NCBI GenBank assembly: GCA_951406725.2
Contig: OX597818.1
Coordinates: 68,386,001 to 68,450,000 of the forward strand
Reading direction: 5' to 3'
From: Octopus vulgaris
Lineage: Eukaryota
DNA: 64,000 nt
Part shown: positions 53,361 to 64,000 of the stretch, one piece after another
Layout of the letters: each line of letters starts with the position of its first letter
How positions within the stretch are numbered: the stretch's first letter is position 1
Notes under the pieces: generated by a model
Database searches by the model: none
Told to the model about the DNA's origin: nothing
Seen by the model: only the letters and a program-made list of their open reading frames with translations
Made by a program: the position numbers and the translations under genes

Positions 53361-55067
53361 AAGATTTCATCAGGCTCCAATATCTGTTCTAATATGATGG
53401 CCTTGGTTATATGGCCTCCTAATGCCAACCACTTTGCAGAGTGTCCTGCTATGACACTTGCACTAAAGTGGAATTGGAGAAGAAAGGGTGACAGCTTTAT
53501 GCCAGGTGTTGACAGACTGAAGTATGATAAAGGGGACAGAAGCAGGTGTGTTGCCATAGAAGAGATGACATTGCTACCCAACATTATATAAGTGTGGGTG
53601 GAAGAAGCAGGAAAGAAGAGAATGGGGGTGCCAACAGAATTTCAGAGCATAGAAACAAGTTACAAAAAGATGGGTTTAAGAGACAATATGGACAAAGAAC
53701 CCAGAAAAATGGTAATAAATGAGTGATACACTGGAATACTCTGGAATTGGATTTACTGAAATTGGCAGTTCTTCTAGTCTGCTGAGGCTGGTTTTAGATC
53801 TAAGGAAAGAATTGATCTCATTCAACATGGCAGTTTTCAAAATAATATTTATTTGGTCTTTGAATAACAAATGAAAATGAGAAGTAAACATTTGAAAGGA
53901 TATGAAAACAAAAGAGATGTGGTCATCTGATCACAACTAGGGTAGGTAGTAATTCCTTACAAGGACACAAGTGATGACCTGTAGGACTCTGAGTCAACAA
54001 GGAAAGCAAAAGTGAAAAAGAATAATGTTGATGATTAATGATGAAGATGATGATGATGATGTTGAACATAATATATATATATCTATATATATATATATAT
54101 ATAATTTTCAGCAGAGTAGTGTAGTTTAAATGGAAGTATGAGGTAGTGCTCTTGTTAAAATACTTTCTGAAAATGTTCAACAATGTAATTTGGAAATGAA
54201 TGAGTGAATACAGAAGTAGAATAAAACAAACACCAGTTTGCACTTTACCTTCATATTTCAATATTTCAGGGTTAAAATGCCCTTTGTCAAGAGTAAAAAG
54301 AAGAAAGAAGCAAACTGCTTTCTTTCATCACATTTTATTTATCTATTTCAGAGCTCTTTTAACAATTATCTAACTGTTGTCATTGCTTGTGGCAGAAATA
54401 TAATTTAAATCAGTGATTCTTATAGTTGATGCTACCATTTTCCAAACTAGGTTCAGATCACTCTTCTCTTTTTATGCAAGCCTTGCAAAGAGCAAGGACA
54501 AAAAAAAAAAAACAGAAGACCAATATTCTCAATTTAGAAAGCCTGTATGATGCAAGTTGGAAAAAAATAATGATTAGAAATAAGAAGGAAAAGGAAACAT
54601 CAGCTTACACTTTTAACCTTATTTTCTGAAATTTTAAGGTTAAAGTGCTTTTCACTTATATTAAAACTTCTATCAAAATCTCTGTGGAACATCAATAAAT
54701 ATGATGTTTATATTGACCAATACGTACATACGATACCGATATTGATACGTGCATGTGTGTGTTTGCCTGTGCATTTGAATATATATGTGTGTGTGTGTGT
54801 ATATATATATATGAATATGTGTGTGTGTACACACACAAACATTACATATATATGAATCTATGTAGTTTACAGTTCTGTTTTTGGTAGAATCGAGAAAAAT
54901 GTTCAACATGCAGTGAAAGATTGCTTGGAGATGTATGGCATGTTATATAAATCTTCCAAGTTATTACAACTCTAAAACATGAAACTATTGCTTCTTTTTT
55001 GTAAATTGTGTAAGTGACATGATACATAAATACACACACACATATATATATATATACATACAGATAC

Positions 55068-55127
<60 letters not shown>

Positions 55128-55179
55128 GTATGTATATATAATAATATATACACATATATATATATATATATACATATAC

Positions 55180-55232
<53 letters not shown>

Positions 55233-55836
55233 TATATATATATATATATATGCATATAGATATATTGCAAAACCCTTCAAAAACATTGGTCATACAGAAA
55301 AGTCCCTAAAACAACATAGAAAGGAAGGCATAAAAGAGTTAACATTTTATAATAAGAGAAGCCATTTCTAAGAATTTTCATCTTTATGTCAATGCTGCTG
55401 TTTTGTACGACGCATCCAGATAATAAACATATAAGGTAGTGGAAACTGGGAATAAATGGGATGCGATGCCAAAAGAGGTCTCTGCCAAAAAAAGGTCAAG
55501 AATAAATTTAAGTCTCAATAGGAATCCAAGTCGTGGTTCTTATTTGGGATTTTTCACATTTCATTTAATTGCTTTTTTTTTTACTCAATAAAATACATTT
55601 TTAGCAGAAGATAGGAATTTATATTTTGCTTTTTATGCTCTTTACCATTTCTTAATTTTCATTTCATTTCAGTAGAAATAAAAGAGTGTCATAGGTTAAT
55701 AACACAGCCAATTTTACAGTTGTTTCACAAATTTGATTTCAACTCAGCTTTCCTAATAAGGGGCTACTACAAAACTTCAGTTTTGTACCATGAATAAATT
55801 AATCATCATCATCATCATCATAATTATCTTCTTTTT

Positions 55837-55898
<62 letters not shown>

Positions 55899-56116
55899 TA
55901 TTATTATTATTATTGCTTTCCATATTATGTCTTCTTATCGTTCTTCACTGTTTTCTAGTTCCATGTTTAAAAAAAGTTTTCGTTTCATGTTTCCCTTTCA
56001 ATGTTGTTTCTCTCCATGCCAGTCATTTGATGGCAAGGTAAGAAACTATACATACATATGAATATTTATGTATATGCATCTATCTATTATCTATGCATGT
56101 ATGTATATATATATAT

Positions 56117-56165
<49 letters not shown>

Positions 56166-56201
56166 GTATGTATTTATATGTATACATATTTATATGTATA
56201 C

Positions 56202-56232
<31 letters not shown>

Positions 56233-56235
56233 CAC

Positions 56236-56280
<45 letters not shown>

Positions 56281-56291
56281 TATATATATAT

Positions 56292-56338
<47 letters not shown>

Positions 56339-57164
56339 CATATATATTGAAAATGCAATGCCTTTGGGGAATTAAACCAATTCCGGCAGAGCATAGTTTT
56401 TGAAAGTTTATTTTATTACGACTTTTACAAAATCATCTTTGAATAATTCAATCAGTTAGATAACATTAAATTAATAAACATTGAAGAAGAAGCAAACACA
56501 GGAACAAAGAACAATAACAACAACAACAACAACAACAATGTCGCGAATATCGTTAAGATAGAGCTTTCCAATGAAATCTTCTGACGTGATTTGACCTGGA
56601 AAAATCTAAAAAGTTCTTCATGAAAATCCATAACAATTATGAACAGGTCTTCTCTCTGCAAAATGAAAACACCACCTGCCATAAAGAATTGCACAAAAGA
56701 AACAAGCAATAATCAAATTAATTTTGCTTTTTTCACAGTTATGCTTATTATTTTTCTTCTTCATTTCGTTTTTATTTTTTTCTTTGCTAATTTCATTTAT
56801 ATGTTGTGTTTTTTTTTATATATTTTTGTAAGCATTTTTCATCCTCCTTCCACACACAAATAATGCTACTGAAAGTGTTTTGTTGTTTACGACGTTTTCT
56901 TATAGTTCTTCAATTATTTCATTATAAATGCCACAGAACTTTCATTCTTCCATTTAAATGAATTTCTACTAAGTATCACCGAGATTTTACTAATATCCTC
57001 CATTATGGTTAATTCAATTCGAAACCTGTTATTCTGCTAACCAAACAATCAATACGATTTTCTCCATCTGAAATTTCAAAATAATTCACAAAGACAACAA
57101 TATTTTTCCTGATTTGTAGAAGAGCGATATAATAATCTTCTGATTTTAGTTCTTCCACTTGGAG

Positions 57165-57165
57165 G

Positions 57166-57236
<71 letters not shown>

Positions 57237-57480
57237 GTCATCATCATCATCATCGTCATCATCGTTTAACGTCCACTTTCCATGCTGGCATGGGTTGGAC
57301 GGTTTGACTGAGGGCTGGCAAGCCAGAAGGCTACAATCCGATCTGGCAAAGTTACTATAGCTGAATGCCCTTCCTAATGCCAACCACTCCAAGAGTGTAG
57401 TGGGTGCTTTTTGCATTCCACTGGCACAAGCGCCAGTCAGGCGGTACTGGCATCGACCATGCTCGGATGGTGCTTTTTAC
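57165..57480 (-). mobile_element. SINE-like family E with expanded (GAT)n tail
   Basis: Homologous to 53215-53360. Confidence 0.8.
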
Positions 57481-59744
57481 ATATATATGTATGTGTGTGT
57501 ATATGTTTGTGTGTCTGTGTTTGTCCCCCAAACATCACATATGTTTCAGCAAAAAAGACCAATAAAATAAGTACTTACAAAGAATAAGCTCTAGGGTCAA
57601 TTTGCTCAACTAAAGGCGGAGCTCCAGCATGGCCACATTCAAATGACTGAAACAAGTAAAAGAATAAAAGGAATCCGCAGAAATGCATTTAAGGAAAAAT
57701 CTACAATGAATCCTTAATTTTACTAACGCATCACTCACTTCCCACCTTTTCCACTGCAATCTGGCAACCTGCACCCAACCACACTCCTAGTTTTTCTACT
57801 CACCTTAAACTTTCATGGTCCACACAGACATTTCATCCTCCCTATTTCTATACACCTCATTGTTTAATGCACTTACCCATATTTTATTTACAGTAAGCTG
57901 CTGAATAGCACAACCAGTCATTGAACAATGACAGGAATATCATAAGAGGGAATGATGTCTCTTGTGTCTGTTCACAGTGTCTGCTTTTCCTGTTTTGTTG
58001 CTGAAGAGTAGAGAACCACTCTGAAACGCATGCATTCAACAGTCTGTGGTTATGAGGCACTGTGGACTGACCTGTGAACTGACCATATGTAGTAAATGGT
58101 TTTCTTATGGTTTTGAATATGTTCCAAGCATATCTGAACAAATAACAAGTTTGCATTTATGCACATCAGCACTTGGCACTGTCACCCCAAATATCAGTTT
58201 TATATATTTCTTACTCCACCCAGATCACTCCAACCAAAACCTTCAAAATGTAAGTAACCATAATTTTTTTTTTAAAAACTAATCTGCTTTGGAACCTTTC
58301 TCTTATATATTAAACCCTCACCTCCAAGCATGAAGCCATCTCTTTTGGGTTAACTTCGTTGGTGCCGGCAACATGAAAATATGTCCCCAAAACATACTGT
58401 AAAGTCATTGGTGTTCGGAAGAGCTTTTAGTTACAGAAAAGATGCCAAAGTAGATAATGGTGCACAATGACAAACCATCCAACCAATGCCAGCATGGATC
58501 AAGGATGTCAAATGATGAGGATGAGAAGAATTGAGATGATGATGAAGAGAAGAATATTGTTGAAGATGATGATGATGTAAGAATTATTAAATTAGTATCT
58601 TAGCTAAACGCTTACATTAAGAAGGGTTTGCATTATCTCAGTGAGTTTATTCATACTTGAATTTGAGTGAGACTTTAACACATGAGTGAAGGAGTGCTTC
58701 AATCGTTTCACTCCAGTGGTTTATGGCACAGTGGCGCAGAGTCGTTTAAAGTAATGTAGTGTAATGTAGATTAATAGTGCAGAAGTAAAGAGCAGTTGGT
58801 ATTAGTGCTTAAAACAGTTCTATTATTATGACATCAATGGCTCTGGTGGTGGTGGTGGTGGTGGTGGTTGCAGTGGTGACGATGGTGGTGGTCGTCGTCG
58901 TAGAGGCGGTGATGGTGGTGGTAGTGGCGGTGGTGATGATGGTGACAGCAGTGGTGCTGATGTTGGTAGTTTTAGTGATACAGCAAGCAAAAAAAAATTA
59001 CATTCTGCTGTTGCTGCTGCTGCAGTAGAGCACTGGAATAACCTTCTCCACCCACCCCGCTCTCCACCCACTCCCATATTCAGTTTCATTCGTCTACATT
59101 CACAGTTCAAATTTTTCCATGGTTGACTTTACTTACCATGCTTTTGAGATCGATAAACTAAGAATCAGGAATGTGCTGTGATCAATTTGCAGTTTGATGC
59201 TACAGTGACAAAGAAAAAGAGAGAAGACCGAAATCGATATTCTTGCGATTCTCACTGATGTTAATGCCTGCTTCAAGGCTGACATCCTATTCAAATATTC
59301 CATGATTTCCATAAGAACGATTGAAATTTCTTTTTATTTGCCTCAATTTCATTTTATTCTTTATTTTTATTGTTATTTTTGCTGTGAATTTAGTCTTTCA
59401 TCTGCTATTGCATGGAGACAAGAAATTGGAGTTGTTGTTGTTGCTGCTGCGGTTGTTGTCGGTGATGTTGTCGTTCTTTAGCCCCAAGTCAGCCCTCAGC
59501 AAACAGACAGTTCTATGATCAAAGATGTTCCAAGGAAGACCATCCTGTCTTCTGCATATATATATACATATACATATATACATACATACATACATACATA
59601 TTAATATATAAATATATATGTATATGTTCGCGTGTTTATACATACATGCATACATACATATATATATATATATATATTTACATATATATATAAATGTTTG
59701 TGTGTTTATACATACAAACATACATACACACATAGATGGGTGTG

Positions 59745-59787
<43 letters not shown>

Positions 59788-59798
59788 ATATATGTATA

Positions 59799-59831
<33 letters not shown>

Positions 59832-60044
59832 GTATATGTGTATAATTATACGTATGTGTATATAAATGTTTATGTGTATACGTTCATATGCACACATGTA
59901 TTTGTATAAATAAGGAACAACTTTTGTTTGAAACTCCTTACATTAAAAGCACCATGCTTTTTATACGGTACACACTCACATATATACATACATACAGACA
60001 TACTTACACACGTGTATGTTTATTTGTATGCATATATATGTATT

Positions 60045-60092
<48 letters not shown>

Positions 60093-60129
60093 GATACACA
60101 TATATTTTTTATTTATATATTTATACATA

Positions 60130-60492
60130 GGCGCAGGAGTGGCTGTGTGGTAAGTAGCTTGCTAACCAACCACACGGTTGCGGGTTCAGTCCCACTGCGT
60201 GGCATCTAGGGCAAGTGTCTTCTGCTATAGCCCCGGGCCGACCAATGCCTTGTGAGTGGATTTGGTAGACGGAAACTGAAAGAAGCCTGTCGTATATGTG
60301 TATATATGTGTATATGTGTGTTTTTGTGTCTGTGTTTGTCCCCCTAGCATTGCTTGACAACCGATGCTGGTGTGTTTATGTCCCCGTCACTTAGCGGTTC
60401 GGCAAAAAGAGACCGATAGAATAAGTACTAAAAGGTGGTGCTCCAGCATGGCCGCAGTCAAATGACTGAAACAAGTAAAAGAGTAAAAGAGT
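60130..60492 (+). mobile_element. tRNA-derived SINE family B (CORE-like), near complete
   Basis: GGCGCAGGAGTGGCTGTGTGGTAAG head, GGTTCAGTCC B box, GGGCAAGTGTCTT core, internal (TA/TG)n, LINE-like tail ending (GTAAAAGA)2. Confidence 0.9.
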
Positions 60493-61288
60493 ATACATAT
60501 TTAATATCATCTGTGTAATAACCTTATAATGTGCACTGCCAAGCTCCTCCGCAGTCAGCGACAACCATATGCTATCATACAGCAAGATCACTCTTTTTAC
60601 TGTGTGTATATGTGGAAATTCGATAGTGTTCACAGAATTCATACAAAAGAGAAACTTATAGTAAAAGTAAGTGGAATGAACGGGCTTTAATCTTAATAGC
60701 AACGTTTGTTTCTGGACATTGGTATTAGAACAGTGCTTTCAAAGCCACACACCTGATGACGTGCGAGTACACAGCTGCTGGATCATGTATATAACAGTAT
60801 ATATCACATGGAAAACTTACCAACGAACGGTTGTTATGGAAGCACGGTATAAAATGGCTGTAACTGGGATAAAAGCTTAATCGGCCACAGCCAGACACAT
60901 GGTCACCCATCTTCTCCCATGTGACGTCATTGGTCCCCATCGATAGTGACAGACGAGCTAATGTATGTGTATGTACATACTGCTTTATGTGTGTATGTGT
61001 ATATGCGTATGTGTCTGTGCATTGATATTTATATGTATCTATAAATATGCAAATATACACATCTATAATTCTGTGTATATACATATAAGAGTATATGATT
61101 ATGCTTGTGCATATACATACATACATATATATATATGCATACATACATACATATATAATTAATATTATAAAATATTTTACTATAAAATTGGATTCAATCC
61201 TAAATCTGATTTTTCCCTGTAAATTTGGATTTATTCCCTAATATTTATTATTATATGCATACATACATACATATATATACATACATAC

Positions 61289-61330
<42 letters not shown>

Positions 61331-61332
<2 letters not shown>

Positions 61333-62385
61333 GTTCATAATGGCCCTCTCAGACATGCCCTCAGCCACGCAGAGAGCCACGATCACAAGTTATGCAGATG
61401 ATACAAAAGTTTCACAGGCAATACAGAACCCTGAAGACACTAAGCACCTGCAATGTGAGCTGGACAAAATATACAAGTGGGCTGAAAAGAATAGCATGCA
61501 GTTCAATGCTGAAAAAGTTTCAAGCTTTATACTATCAGCATGCAAAACTGAATGCAATACCCAATGAATACACTGGACCCGGAGGGATTGCAATCCCTGA
61601 GGCACAATCAGTGCGTGACCTGGGTATTCACATGAGTGATGACGCGACCTTTCATGTACATGTTGCTAAACTGGCAATGAAATGTAGACGGCTGGCCGGA
61701 TGGATTCTTAGAACCTTTAGAACAAGAGAACAAGAAACCATGATGGTCCTCTGGAAGACACTTGTCCTAAGCCACTTTGACTATTGCTCTCAGCTATGGT
61801 CACCATCCAGTGTCAAGTTGATCACAGAACTTGAGGCGATCCAACGAAGCTACACGAAGAAGATAGCCTCTGTGCAGCATATAAGCTACTGGGAAAGACT
61901 CAAGAGATTAAAGCTCTATTCCCTGGAGCGTAGGCGAGAAAAATATGCCATAATATATATCTGGAAGATCCTGGAAGGACTTGTACCAAACTTTGGCATC
62001 GAGAGTCACACAAGTGCCAGAATCGGGCGCCACTGCGTAGTATCAAGGATTCTAAATTTGCCATCAAGATGTAGGACAAGATACTGTGATAGCCTGGGCT
62101 TCAGAGGCCCACAGCTCTTAAATATCCTCCCGCAGAACCTGAGGGACCTGCATGGTGTAGATGCGGATGTCTTTTAAGTAGGACTGGATCTCTTCCTGTC
62201 AGGTGTCCCGGATGAACCAACTTCACGGCAGGAGGTGCAGATGAGGGCAGCTGCATCGAACTCTCTCATGCACCAAATGGCAGTTACTAAAAAGCATTCG
62301 TGAAGTAAAATCATGTAGCAAACCAAATGGCGGTGCCCCAGCATGGCCACAGCTCATGAGCTGAAACTGGAAAAATCAATCAATC
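61331..62385 (+). mobile_element. 5'-truncated CR1/L2-group LINE: RT C-terminal half plus 3' UTR
   Basis: SYADDTK, MQFNAEK, VRDLG, HFDYCSQLWSP, LEAIQR, YWERLKRLKLYSLERRR; one frameshift near 61515, premature stop at 62175, probable original stop near 62301; (TCAA)n tail. Confidence 0.92.
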
Positions 62386-62436
62386 ATACATATACATATA
62401 CATATATACATATACATTCATCTATATTATTTATTT

Positions 62437-62469
<33 letters not shown>

Positions 62470-62680
62470 CGAGTGGGTCAACAAAGAAGGGCACTCACCA
62501 TATTTCTTGTGAGTTACATGTCTGGATCAAAACAGTTTGATTCAAATTCGTTGATACTCCGAGTATCTCAAGCGTGAAACTAATCTTCAGCCATTCAAAT
62601 TCAAAATGCCTAAAGATTAGCATCATGTCTGAAGCCCTCGCAGTACTAATGAATTTGAATCAAACTGTTTTGATGCATAT
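62470..62680. mobile_element. Second copy of the 5591-5966 fold-back family
   Basis: Arms 62526-62558 and 62642-62674; minus strand TGG-CTGAAGA...ACTCGGAGTA-TCA. Confidence 0.7.
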
Positions 62681-62817
62681 ATTTATATACATACACACAC
62701 ACACACTCACACACATACACATATATATATAATATATATACATATATATATATATACACATACACACACACATATATAAATATATATACATATATAGACA
62801 CGCTGTAGCTGTTTATA

Positions 62818-63170
62818 GGCGCAGTGTGACTGAATGGTAAGAAGCTTGCTACCCAACCACATGGTTTGAGGTTCAGTCCCACTGCGTGGCACCTTCTGGC
62901 CGACCTAAGTCTTGTAAGTTGATTTCTTAGATGGAAACTGAAAGAAGCCCATCGTAATATATATATATGTATATATGTGTGTATGTTTGTGTGTGTGTGT
63001 CTGTGATTTGTTCCCCCAAACATCGCTTGACAGCTGATGTTGTGTTTACATCCCTTGTAACTTAACAGTTCGCCAAAAGTAATCAATAGAATAAGTGCTG
63101 GGGTTCATTTGTTTGACTAAAGGTGGTGCTGCATCATGGCAGCACTCAAATGCCCAAATAAGTAAAAGAA
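62818..63170 (+). mobile_element. SINE family B
   Basis: Homologous to 60130-60492. Confidence 0.85.
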
Positions 63171-63473
63171 TATATATACATATGTATGTATGTTTATATG
63201 TGTGTGTGTGTGCGTGTGTATGTGTGTGTGTAAGAGAGAGAGTGTCTATGTCTGTGTATAAACTTAGTGTGTGTGTATATATACGCGCACGTGCATGTGG
63301 GTTTGTGTGTGAATCCATACTTCTGTATCTTAGAATATATATCAGGATTTAGTCCGGCTGAAATATTCAGTTCACCTTTCCACACAAAGATTTTCTGTTT
63401 AACATTCGCAGCGTGGAGGGTGTTTATTAGCCATTTAAAACACGCAAAAACCGTTAGATTTACTTCAACCGGA

Positions 63474-63528
63474 ATTTTGTCAGTGAACAGGTCGCGGTCT
63501 CAAAGCGACGAAAATATTTTGGCAAAAT
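63474..63528 (+). ncRNA. Type I hammerhead variant with G3-C8 swap
   Basis: ATTTTGTCA-GTGAACA-G-GTCGC ggtctcaaa GCGAC-GAA-AATATT-T-TGGCAAAAT, inside 31-bp inverted arms (63439-63469 / 63539-63569). Confidence 0.65.
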
Positions 63529-64000
63529 AAATTTAAATGTTAAAGTGAATCTAACGGATTTTGTGTGTTGCAATTGTTTTTGTTCCAACACATGATCTCA
63601 GATCAGGTCACTTTCTATGCAAGTACATGTCCGTAATTTTCTGTTTATTCATCCGTCAATTTGGTAGCATCCACTAAATGTAAGTTCGTGCCTTGCTTAT
63701 ACCATCATATTCTTGTAAGTTTGACCCTTTTCAGTGGTCAAAATTTTCAAACATTCAAAGAATACCGTTAAAAAACTGACCATTTAAAAACACTACATTT
63801 TTCTTACCCCTCCCACCTTTTTCCTATGCTTCTCTTCTTTCATTCTTTCTCTTTAAAATTGCTTCTCTTTTATCTTTCTTTCTATTTCTCAGATTTATTA
63901 ATTTTTCATTGCTTTTTGACTTTTTAAAATTTTTATGTTTTATTTTTATATATTTCTCTTTCCATTTTCACGTTTTATTTTTATGTATTTCTCTTCTTTC

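Noticed and set aside
54320-54420. Polypyrimidine tract plus TTCAG splice acceptor
   Set aside because: No recognisable coding exon or donor follows.
55411-55465. CGCATCC/GGATGCG stem enclosing GAAAC
   Set aside because: Core reads CAGATAA with two mismatches and no stem II.
60752-60850. CTGATGA-CGTGC...GCACG
   Set aside because: Not followed by GAAA; no stem I or III.

Overview
AT-rich, microsatellite-dense eukaryotic DNA. The SINE families and (TA)n/(TATG)n/(GATA)n load resemble octopus/cephalopod genomes (inference, not verified). I found no convincing intact host gene; most ORFs in the track are microsatellite translations. The window is a mosaic of at least five SINE-like families, a 5'-truncated CR1/L2-like LINE, R4/Dong-like and RTE remnants, decayed hAT and Tc1/mariner transposases, two non-autonomous Helitrons and two Penelope-like (PLE) GIY-YIG endonuclease fragments. 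The main unannotated signal is a set of type I hammerhead-ribozyme (HHR) motifs from several sequence-unrelated short elements, mostly in inverted repeats within or beside (TA)n tracts. These include a canonical-core pair in a ~715-bp fold-back (43349-44065) and a G3-C8-swapped variant (63474-63528). One SINE family shares its 3' tail with the LINE, and an E-box cluster near 21.5 kb may mark a promoter. All structures were read by eye and none was computed.
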